A stretch of DNA of 64,000 nucleotides from Oscillospiraceae bacterium (GCA_015068165.1 SVKZ01000003.1:936-64935), one strand, 5' to 3'. Shown: positions 1 through 7,564, counted from the first letter of the stretch. The notes: generated by a model not told the origin, from the sequence alone. A program made the numbers and translations.

Positions 1-9
1 GGCGTGCCA

Positions 10-33
10 GAAAAACCGACAAGTCGGTTTTTC
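10..33. terminator. Palindromic hairpin (GAAAAACCGAC-AA-GTCGGTTTTTC), likely bidirectional terminator or processing stem
   Basis: Perfect 11-bp inverted repeat with A/T tracts on both sides. Confidence 0.55.
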
Positions 34-34
34 A

Positions 35-206
35 ACGAAATAAATCCTAACGGATTTGTGAAATAACGCTACGCGTTGTGAAATAGCTTACGCTGTGAAA
101 TGCCTGCGGGCGTGAGTGGATTTATTTCATTTCACTTTCTGCGTTAGCAGAAAATTTCACTTCGTCGAAGACGAAATTTCGCCGTGAGCGAAGCGAATGA
201 TTTCAC
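35..206. repeat. Structured heptamer-hairpin element, copy A (GTGAAAT-type x4 / ATTTCAC-type x4)
   Basis: ACGAAAT 35-41; GTGAAAT 58-64, 78-84, 95-101; ATTTCAC 129-135, 154-160, 200-206; ATTTCGC 176-182; most heptamers are separated by short hairpins. Confidence 0.85.
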
Positions 207-222
207 TCTTATCTTAATATTT

Positions 223-299
223 GGTGGGTGTAGTTCAATTGGCAGAGCACCGGATTGTGGTTCCGGGCGTTGTGGGTTCGAGTCCCATTACCCACCCCA
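223..299 (+). tRNA. tRNA-His(GTG)
   Basis: Cloverleaf; anticodon arm CCGGA-TTGTGGT-TCCGG; T-loop TTCGAGT; His identity pair G-1(223):C73(296); encoded CCA 297-299. Confidence 0.97.
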
Positions 300-338
300 T
301 AAAAAGAAAGGATACCAATCGGTATCCTTTCTTTTTAT
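299..338. terminator. Bidirectional intrinsic terminator after tRNA-His
   Basis: 18-bp perfect stem ATAAAAAGAAAGGATACC / GGTATCCTTTCTTTTTAT with 4-nt loop. Confidence 0.85.
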
Positions 339-349
339 GTGTAGGAAGG

Positions 350-449
350 AATGGGACTCGAAGATCTAAAATGCAATATGCCGGTGGCATATTGCTGCCA
401 CCAGTGCAAACACCGGTGGCTACCTTGATTAATGAGTCCCATTACCCAC
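350..449. repeat. tRNA-His-associated hairpin cassette bounded by inverted (350-362) and direct (434-449) copies of the tRNA 3' part
   Basis: AATGGGACTCGAA is the reverse complement of tRNA 277-289; GAGTCCCATTACCCAC equals tRNA 280-295; two 10-bp internal hairpins (373-395, 397-420). Confidence 0.8.
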
Positions 450-472
450 TCGGCAAAGGAACGGGTGAGAGT

Positions 473-520
473 GTAGGGGCGTTCAAAGATCGCCCGCAGG
501 CGAACTCAGTTCGCCCCTAC
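473..520. repeat. GTAG-type REP-like doublet
   Basis: GTAGGGGCG...CGCCCCTAC ends with an internal GGCGAAC-TCA-GTTCGCC hairpin. Confidence 0.65.
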
Positions 521-566
521 GGGGTCTAACGATGGGGCGCAAAGCATTCCCACAGGGGAAGGTTTA

Positions 567-604
567 GGCGGTGGAGAAATCTCCACCGCCCGGTTTTTTA
601 TTTT
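567..604. terminator. Intrinsic terminator hairpin
   Basis: GGCGGTGGAG-AAAT-CTCCACCGCC followed by a T-rich tract on +. Confidence 0.7.
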
Positions 605-610
605 CTTGCG

Positions 611-3600
611 TTAGACCTTTTTCTTTCTGTCAATGAAGAACCAGATCACAAATGCAACACCGCCGCAGAGGGTTACACCGGAAACGATTGCCACAATAAT
701 CAGCACTGTCTGCAGTTCATCGGTCTTTGCTTCCAAAGCACGATCCTTTGCTTCCAGCTCTGCCTTAACTGCCTCCAGTTCATTCTGCACAGCTTTAATT
801 GTTGCCTCTAATGTATTATAGGCTTCCTCAATCTTGCTGTTAAGCTCTGCTTTGTTGGCTGCATCCGCCGCTTCCAGAGCAACCTTTGCGGCTTTCAGCG
901 CCTCATTTAAGTCTGCGATCTTCGCTTCCAAAGCGGCATCGCCAGACTTGATAGCCTTCTTCAGCTCGGCCTTCGTGTTATCCAGGTTCTTTTGGACAGC
1001 CTTGATTGCCGCATCGAGGGTGGCGTTGAGTGCATCGACTTTGGTCTCCAGTTCCGCCTTATTTTCTGCATCAGCTGTTTCCAGAGCCGCCTTTGCTGCC
1101 GCCAGGGCAGTGTTCAGCTCAGAAATCTTGCTTTCCAGGGCAGTGTCGCCGTCTGCAATGGCTTTATCAAGCTCTGCTTTGGCATCATCCAAATTCTTCT
1201 GCACAGTCTTAACTGCCGCGTCCAGAGTCTTGTAGTTTTCGCTGATCTTGGCAGTCAGCTCTGCCTTGTCTGCGGCATCTGCGCTTTCAAGGGCGGTCTT
1301 TGCTGCTGTCAGGGCGGTGTTTAGATCGGAAATTTTGCCTTCCAGAGCAGTATCGCCATCTGCAATCGCCTTTTCCAGCTCTGCCTTAGCGTCGTCCAAG
1401 TTCTTCTGCACAGCCTTAACTGCTGCATCCAAAACCTTGTCGGCATTTTCAAACTTCGCTACAAGCTCTGCGTTATTCTTGGCATCGGCTTTTTCCAAAA
1501 GTTCCTTTGTACTTGCCAGCTCCGACTGCAGGGCTGCAATCTTGTCTGCCAAATCCTTGTCGCCGGACTTGATTGCAGCATCCAATTCTGCCGTTGCCTT
1601 ATCCAGGTTGCCCTGCACCTGAGCGATCTTCTCGTCCAGCTTCTTTTCGGCGGCGGCAATCTTTGCTTCCAACGCCTTATCGCTGGAAACGGCGGCTGCC
1701 TTTGCCTCGTCAATGGCCTTGTCCAGTTTTTCGACTGCTTTCGCAAGCTCTTCGGCGTTCTCGGTATCTGCCTTATTGAGTTTTTCTACAGCCTCTTCCA
1801 GATTCTTCTTAATTTCAGCAATTTTGTCTTCGTTTGCCTTTACCCGGCTTTCCAGTTCGGAAATTGCATCGTTTAGTTCTGTCTTGGCTGCTTTAATTTC
1901 TGCTTCCAGTGCAAGCTTCAGCGCCGCATCAGCATCGGTAGCAAAATTCTGCGCGGTGGTCTGTGCAAGGGTAATTGCTGCTTCAAGATCGCTGATTGCC
2001 TTTTCAAGGGCGGTAATGTCCGCTTTCTTTGCAATGGCTGCGTTAAGCTCAGTCTTCGCCTGGGTCAATGCGTTGTCTGCCGCGTCAATCGCTTCCTGCT
2101 TTGCATTTGCAATCGCTGTTTCAAACTGCTGCTTTAATGCGGTGTCCTTTGTATCGGCATAAGCCTTTGCTGCTGCCTCGGCAGTCTCAATAGCGGTTTT
2201 CAGCTCCTGAACCTTTGCATTTAGAGTTGTGGTGTCTGCCTTCTTGTCAATGGCTGTCTGAAGCTCGGTCTTTGCGTCGTTTACAAGGGTTTCCGCCGCA
2301 GAAATCGCTTCGCTCTTTGCTGTGGCAATGGCACTTTCAAGCTGCCGTTTTAAGGTTGCATCTGCACCCTTAAAATCATCCTTTGCTTCCTCAAGGGCTG
2401 TAATCTTGCCCAAAAGCTCATTCAGCTTCTGATTGACCGTGTCGGTGTCCGCTTTCTTCGCAATCAGCTCTTTGATTTCATCCACTGCCGCATTTAACTC
2501 TGTCTTGGTGGCATAGATGCTGCCCAGTGCATCAACTTTCTGTTCCAAGGTCTCGATGCGACTGATAGCCGTCTGCAGCTCTGCATCGGTAGCATAGCCA
2601 TCTATCGCGCTCTCAAGTGTTGCGATCTCCCCTTGGATAATAGCGATCTCGTCGCTAAGTTCTTTATCGGTTGCGAAAGTTTCGTCCAGCTTACTTAGCT
2701 TTTCTTCCAGCATTGCAATCTTAGCTTCAAGCTCTGCGGTGTCCGCAGTAGGCACACCAACCGTCAGTGCCAGCTCGCCCTCGGCAGCGGTATAGTTGGT
2801 AGTTTCGGTGCTCTGGATTTTGACTTTGATGGTAGAGCCGATCGCCACACCGTTATCAATGGTGATGGTGTTGCCTGTAACAGAGTAACCTTCGCCATCC
2901 AAAACGGTAAAGATCGTGGGATTCAAGAAATTGTCAATGGCACTGGTAGTGGGGGTGATTTCCATCACATAGCCACCCATAACCTTGTCCAGCGGCGCAT
3001 CTGCGAAAATGATGGGGGTTGCTTTCTTAATTTCAAAAGTTGCCGTTCCCTCGAAGTTGCCGCTGATAACCACGGTTGCGGTGCCTGCGTTTATATTGTT
3101 GCTGTAAGTAACAGTGCCGCCGTATGCCGTAGCATCAAACGGAATACCGCCAAGGTCAATATATACTGTGGGCTTCTGTTCTGAGCCATTGTAAACGATC
3201 TCCTCGAGAACCGAGCCTACGCTGATCTGACCTGCCGAAAGCTGAATAGGATTGATCGTCATATCGTAAGTAAGCGTAACATCGTTATAGTCGGGAGATC
3301 CGCTGATCTGAACGCAAACCTCATACGCACCTGCATTGGTAGGTGCGCCCATAAGCTGATTGCTGTTCTCATAGTATTTTATGGTAACATATCCTTCGAG
3401 CTCATCGGGCAGATTGGTAATTGTTACACCCTGCACACTCATATTGTACTCGGTGCTAAGACCGCTTATCGTAAAATCCGCTTCCGTAAGGGTAATCTTT
3501 TGGAAGGCAAAGGTAGCCGCCACGGTAACAGCCTTTGCAGGCATTGTGAACTTATTATCTGCCACAGCAACGGGATTGCCGTCTGCATCGGTAACGGTGA

Positions 3601-5371
3601 GAGAAGTCAGTGCGTAATTCTCCGCGGGGGTAACGGTAAGGGTGATGACCTCACCTGCCACCGCGTCAATGTTGCTGGCAGATACAGAGCCTTGTGCTGT
3701 TGCCGTAGGTACAGTTACGGTATAAGTAACCTTATTGAAATATTTTGGTGTTGCAGCTGCGTCGTAGTACACGGTCTTGCCAGTCAGACTGGGGTAATCC
3801 TGATTGCCGATGGTCTGCTTCCAAGCGGTGAACGCGTTTGCATTGGTGGTTCCTTGTGTTGATAGATAATATGTTACCTCACCTGATTTCACCTGCTCGG
3901 TGGTAAATGCTTCTCCTTTATAGGTATATCCCTTGGTAGAATTATACACATCCGAATCATAGGCGCAATAATTGCACGTTGTATAGTCTCCGCCAATCGG
4001 ACCAAAACGCGTACTGGTAGAATTACTCAGGGTAACAGTTGCACTGCTAAAGCAGGAGTAACAGGTTGCGTTGTAACCTGCGATACCGCCCGCAGCAGTG
4101 GTCGAACCATTATAGGTTGCAACGATTGCCATCCCGTGGTTATAACAACCGATAACTTTGGTCTGGAAACCATTTCCAACAATACCGCCAACATTGTAAT
4201 GACCGGTCGCGCTACCCCCGATAACACCACAATTCTTGATCGTATTCATATTAGAGGTGTTGCCATAACTGTAACCAACCACGCCTGCTACCGGGGCACT
4301 CGTGCTGGTAATCGTACTGTTCTCCACGAAGCAGTTTGTAACAGCATTTGTACCATCAACATACTTAAGCTGACCCACAATACCGCCTACATTCTGCGCA
4401 CCAACGGAAATACTGGCATTTTTTACGGTACAATCAGAAACGGAAGCGTCCTCAGCATAGCCGACAATACCGCCATAATTGCTGGTTGCTGCATATGTAC
4501 CGGTAATACTGCACCCGGTAGCGTGGCAGTCAGTTACATTTGCGTTGACTACAGCGCCGACCACACTACCAACGCGCGTCGGAGAACTTGTATAGGATAT
4601 GGCAACATTGGTTGCTGTGCAATTTTTGATAGATGTACCATCCAGATATCCCGCTACCGCACCAACGCCGGGATTGATTGCGGAGATCGTGCCGCCAGTT
4701 ACATGGCAGTTTTCTACAGTGGTGCCGTTCGTCATATAACCGATAATGGCACTTACACCGTACCGCGTAGAACCAAATTTGGTCGATGCAATTGAGGGAT
4801 TCTTTACTGTGATATTCTTTACTGTGCCGCCGTTGCTGTAAGCCACAAGTCCCGCAACATATTGATAAGCGGCAGAAACGACGGGGGCATCCAGCGTCAG
4901 ATTCATTACCGTGCCGCTGAGATTGCCGAACAATCCTCTGTAGCCATTGTAGCCGTAAGCCTCGGCAGGCGTAGTAGAGCTTAAATTAGAAATCGTCATA
5001 CCGTTGCCATCCAGCACACCGGCAAAGTTATTTGCTTTTGCTGTTGCAGCCGTTTGATTTTTAGTGTGATAACCGCCGATAGGCGTCCAGTTATAGGTCG
5101 CACCGGCAAGGTCAAGATTCGCACCCAGCTTAAAATAGGTGTTTGTATAGGTCGTGCCGCCATTTACATCAGCGGCAAGCTTTGCAAGCTGTTCCGCAGT
5201 CATAATGACATAGGGGGTAGCCTCCGAGCCGGAGCCGCTTTCCCACGCCTGAGATGCCGCTGTGCCATCCCAAGTATCTGTTTCCGCAGCACTTGCTGTC
5301 ATCGCAAACGCCGGGAGCATTGCTAAGACCATCACGATAACGAATATGGTGGTTAAGAATCCTTTTTTCAT
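611..5371 (-). CDS. 1586-aa cell-surface fibrillar protein: signal peptide, GLUG-like beta-helical repeats, Ig/MBG-like modules, ~700-aa coiled-coil stalk, C-terminal TM anchor
   Basis: AAGGAGG RBS before ATG 5371; MKKGFLTT...ASA signal peptide; repeated VGGIVG/GAVAG + VxNC motifs; A/K/E/L-rich helical repeats; hydrophobic C-terminus followed by DRKKKV. Confidence 0.9.
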   Translation of the reverse strand: MKKGFLTTIFVIVMVLAMLPAFAMTASAAETDTWDGTAASQAWESGSGSEATPYVIMTAEQLAKLAADVNGGTTYTNTYFKLGANLDLAGATYNWTPIGGYHTKNQTAATAKANNFAGVLDGNGMTISNLSSTTPAEAYGYNGYRGLFGNLSGTVMNLTLDAPVVSAAYQYVAGLVAYSNGGTVKNITVKNPSIASTKFGSTRYGVSAIIGYMTNGTTVENCHVTGGTISAINPGVGAVAGYLDGTSIKNCTATNVAISYTSSPTRVGSVVGAVVNANVTDCHATGCSITGTYAATSNYGGIVGYAEDASVSDCTVKNASISVGAQNVGGIVGQLKYVDGTNAVTNCFVENSTITSTSAPVAGVVGYSYGNTSNMNTIKNCGVIGGSATGHYNVGGIVGNGFQTKVIGCYNHGMAIVATYNGSTTAAGGIAGYNATCYSCFSSATVTLSNSTSTRFGPIGGDYTTCNYCAYDSDVYNSTKGYTYKGEAFTTEQVKSGEVTYYLSTQGTTNANAFTAWKQTIGNQDYPSLTGKTVYYDAAATPKYFNKVTYTVTVPTATAQGSVSASNIDAVAGEVITLTVTPAENYALTSLTVTDADGNPVAVADNKFTMPAKAVTVAATFAFQKITLTEADFTISGLSTEYNMSVQGVTITNLPDELEGYVTIKYYENSNQLMGAPTNAGAYEVCVQISGSPDYNDVTLTYDMTINPIQLSAGQISVGSVLEEIVYNGSEQKPTVYIDLGGIPFDATAYGGTVTYSNNINAGTATVVISGNFEGTATFEIKKATPIIFADAPLDKVMGGYVMEITPTTSAIDNFLNPTIFTVLDGEGYSVTGNTITIDNGVAIGSTIKVKIQSTETTNYTAAEGELALTVGVPTADTAELEAKIAMLEEKLSKLDETFATDKELSDEIAIIQGEIATLESAIDGYATDAELQTAISRIETLEQKVDALGSIYATKTELNAAVDEIKELIAKKADTDTVNQKLNELLGKITALEEAKDDFKGADATLKRQLESAIATAKSEAISAAETLVNDAKTELQTAIDKKADTTTLNAKVQELKTAIETAEAAAKAYADTKDTALKQQFETAIANAKQEAIDAADNALTQAKTELNAAIAKKADITALEKAISDLEAAITLAQTTAQNFATDADAALKLALEAEIKAAKTELNDAISELESRVKANEDKIAEIKKNLEEAVEKLNKADTENAEELAKAVEKLDKAIDEAKAAAVSSDKALEAKIAAAEKKLDEKIAQVQGNLDKATAELDAAIKSGDKDLADKIAALQSELASTKELLEKADAKNNAELVAKFENADKVLDAAVKAVQKNLDDAKAELEKAIADGDTALEGKISDLNTALTAAKTALESADAADKAELTAKISENYKTLDAAVKTVQKNLDDAKAELDKAIADGDTALESKISELNTALAAAKAALETADAENKAELETKVDALNATLDAAIKAVQKNLDNTKAELKKAIKSGDAALEAKIADLNEALKAAKVALEAADAANKAELNSKIEEAYNTLEATIKAVQNELEAVKAELEAKDRALEAKTDELQTVLIIVAIVSGVTLCGGVAFVIWFFIDRKKKV

Positions 5372-5411
5372 TATGTATTTCCTCCTTATGGAAATGATTT
5401 GCAAATTAATA

Positions 5412-5445
5412 ATTGCGGTGTCTGCTCCATTGCGGTGTCTGCTCC
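5412..5445. repeat. Perfect 17-bp tandem duplication ATTGCGGTGTCTGCTCC x2
   Basis: Read directly at 5412-5428 and 5429-5445. Confidence 0.9.
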
Positions 5446-5472
5446 GCAGACGGATTTATACGTTCCGTTTGT

Positions 5473-5496
5473 GGAATGCATAAATGCATTCCCTAC
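5473..5496 (-). repeat. GTAG-type REP-like hairpin
   Basis: Minus strand GTAG-GGAATGCAT-TT-ATGCATTCC. Confidence 0.55.
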
Positions 5497-5511
5497 AATA
5501 CGTTATGCATT

Positions 5512-5868
5512 CTATGCTGGCTTTCGCCTTGCGGTGCAGGTGCAGATACCCAGCAATTCTTCACATTTTTGGTAGTGGGCGCAGTGGAAGCAGGTGCTGT
5601 CGTCGTCCTTTTCACCCTTAAAGTGTTTGCATATGTCTTGCATTGCCGTTGCGAAGGGGATGCCGTCATCCGTATAGACAGGACACGCTGCAAAGTTCGG
5701 ATAGATTTCCACTGGGTCATTATATTTACTGTAACGGTCTTTTTCTTCGTAGTACCCGTAGTAGAGAGGGAATTCCTTCCCGTGGGAGGTAAGCACTTTG
5801 TAGAGCTGCCCTTCCTTGGGAATGACCCGCTCTTCCAAAGCTGCCCCTAAATTTTCAAGACCAAGCAT
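5512..5868 (-). CDS. 118-aa cysteine-rich hypothetical protein (putative metal-binding)
   Basis: AAAGGAGG RBS before ATG 5868; 7 Cys including C-x2-C-x5-C-x6-C-x-C; no signal peptide. Confidence 0.8.
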   Translation of the reverse strand: MLGLENLGAALEERVIPKEGQLYKVLTSHGKEFPLYYGYYEEKDRYSKYNDPVEIYPNFAACPVYTDDGIPFATAMQDICKHFKGEKDDDSTCFHCAHYQKCEELLGICTCTARRKPA

Positions 5869-5996
5869 CGCCTTCCTCCTTTCCAAATTTTGCTAAAAGA
5901 AAATCTGCCATATTTGTTAAATAAAGTATAGCAGACTGTTTTTTGGCGCGGTACTACCTAAAAAGTATTATTTAGATATATAAAACGGTACCTGAG

Positions 5997-6025
5997 TATA
6001 TCTTTTTAGTGGGTAAAAAGATATA
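5997..6025. promoter_or_regulatory. Candidate operator: 12-bp inverted repeat TATATCTTTTTA-N5-TAAAAAGATATA
   Basis: Perfect IR upstream of an extended -10 (TGcTATACT, 5925-5933, minus strand). Confidence 0.45.
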
Positions 6026-6111
6026 TAAATTTTCGACTCGATAACAATTTTTGAAATAAAACAGAGTATTTACCATTAAAACACATTGTTTCCTTATCAG
6101 ATTGTCAATAA

Positions 6112-6160
6112 ATAATATTCGCCAAGACGAACGGTTATCGCTCGTCTTGGCGAATATTAT
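6112..6160 (-). terminator. Long hairpin downstream of the regulator gene (19-bp perfect stem)
   Basis: ATAATATTCGCCAAGACGA / TCGTCTTGGCGAATATTAT. Confidence 0.6.
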
Positions 6161-6176
6161 AAGATGGCTTTTTGTA

Positions 6177-7412
6177 TTACAAAATAGCGGCAAAATCCTC
6201 ACGGGTCAGACCGGACTTTTCACTTACGATACGGATCGCCTGCTTGACGATGGGAATGGATAGGTGGAGATTGTCGGCAATTTCCTGGTTGCTCATACCA
6301 AACGCCGCCAGCTTGGCAACCTCCCGCTCCTTTGCGGAAAGGGTGGTTAGGATCGTCTTTCCGCGAACTGCGCCGGAGAGCTTCGACCAGCCTTCGTTGT
6401 AGGTTTTGTAGAGCTTCTTTACCTCCTGCCAGGCATCCGGATCGATGGCGGACAGCTGCTTTTCCATTAAGCTGTCCAGCGCCCGGCAGTATTCTGCCAG
6501 TAAGCCGTAAAATTTATCGGGAAGGGCAAGGGCTAAGGCTCTGTCGATATGCCGAATGGCCTGCTCGTCGTTGCCGCAGTTGTGATAAACGGCGGCGCAG
6601 GTCAGACGCAGATAAATTTCCGACATAACGGTGTTTTTCTCATTTGCCCAGCAGATCATCGGCTCTAAAGTATAGGGAACGGAGGTCATAACATAAAGAC
6701 CCTCTGCGCCCGGCAATTTCAGCACACCCGTTGCCACGGAGTAGGCTACAGCGTACAGAAACTTTGCGTAATAGACCTTTGCCGCCGGGTAAGCGTCCTT
6801 GTGCAGCGGCTCAAAACAGCCGATTTGGAACCATTTTGGGAAGCTTTGGACATTATAAAGCATAATATCCACCGCGCTGATGGCAAGGAGCATCGTGTCC
6901 CGGTCGTCATCGGATTTGGCGGGGGCTTCGGCAATATGTATTTTGGCTCTTCGCCACATTAGGATGTCGCCCTTCCATATGGCGCACATAGCGAGCAGCA
7001 TACCCGCAGACAAAACCGCATAAAAGCCGGAGTGCTTGCCCAAAAGATAGTTGGCGCTCTCATAGACTTTATCAATATTGCCCCGGGAGTAGGCAACCTC
7101 CGCTTCAAAAAGTACCTGGGCCTCGTGGTTAAAAGCAAGGCTCTCGCCAACAGAGTCAGCAGTGCCGGGGGTGTGGTACAGGTCGGTCATATAAAGAAAT
7201 GGCGTCTTGCGGGGCAGGGGCATATCCTGATTGATAAGCGTACGGCCGGCTTTGGTTCTGCCATCCACCGGCTTTTGGGCGTTTTTGGGGATCATCCAGT
7301 CCCGTCCAAAGCGCACCGCACCCTCGATTTTTCCGCTGGAGCACAGAAGCTGTACACGGCGGATGCCCAGCCCCCATAGTTTTGCGATTTCCTCAATTTT
7401 TAGATATTCCAT
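6177..7412 (-). CDS. Transcriptional regulator: N-terminal excisionase/MerR-like HTH, helical (TPR/MalT-like) middle, C-terminal LuxR HTH
   Basis: N-term LKIEEIAKLWGLGIRRVQLLCSSGKIEGAVRFGRDWMIP; C-term LSAKEREVAKLAAFGMSNQEIADNLHLS; RBS AGGAAGG. Confidence 0.85.
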   Translation of the reverse strand: MEYLKIEEIAKLWGLGIRRVQLLCSSGKIEGAVRFGRDWMIPKNAQKPVDGRTKAGRTLINQDMPLPRKTPFLYMTDLYHTPGTADSVGESLAFNHEAQVLFEAEVAYSRGNIDKVYESANYLLGKHSGFYAVLSAGMLLAMCAIWKGDILMWRRAKIHIAEAPAKSDDDRDTMLLAISAVDIMLYNVQSFPKWFQIGCFEPLHKDAYPAAKVYYAKFLYAVAYSVATGVLKLPGAEGLYVMTSVPYTLEPMICWANEKNTVMSEIYLRLTCAAVYHNCGNDEQAIRHIDRALALALPDKFYGLLAEYCRALDSLMEKQLSAIDPDAWQEVKKLYKTYNEGWSKLSGAVRGKTILTTLSAKEREVAKLAAFGMSNQEIADNLHLSIPIVKQAIRIVSEKSGLTREDFAAIL

Positions 7413-7467
7413 ATGGCGCAATTCCTTCCTGAAAAGCTTCCCTGCATTGCTCGTCTTGACGAACTTT

Positions 7468-7495
7468 ATTATACAACTTTTTCCGCTTTTGTCAA
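7468..7495 (-). promoter_or_regulatory. SigA-type promoter of the dual-HTH regulator
   Basis: TTGACA-N16-TATAAT on minus strand. Confidence 0.65.
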
Positions 7496-7529
7496 TTTGC
7501 CCCTTTTTTCTTGGTTTGCGCTTGCGCAG

Positions 7530-7564
7530 GAAAAATCCCTCCGCGAATGCGGAGGGATCTTTTC
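7530..7564. terminator. Terminator of the NCS2 permease gene
   Basis: ATCCCTCCGC-GAAT-GCGGAGGGAT flanked by A/T tracts. Confidence 0.75.

Noticed and set aside
35-206. CRISPR array interpretation of the heptamer repeats (also 26100-26274)
   Set aside because: Repeats are only 7 bp, spacers are 10-18-nt self-complementary hairpins, orientation flips midway, and no cas genes are present.
434-449. tRNA-His 3' duplication as attR of a genomic island
   Set aside because: Only about 135 bp lie between the repeats and no integrase is nearby; a scar remains possible but there is no island.
184-529. ORFs 184..369 and 221..529
   Set aside because: They run through tRNA-His, its terminator and repeats; no RBS; spurious.
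633-5326. Numerous plus-strand ORFs antisense to the surface protein
   Set aside because: Shadow frames of an Ala/Lys-rich repetitive gene; no RBS or family motifs.
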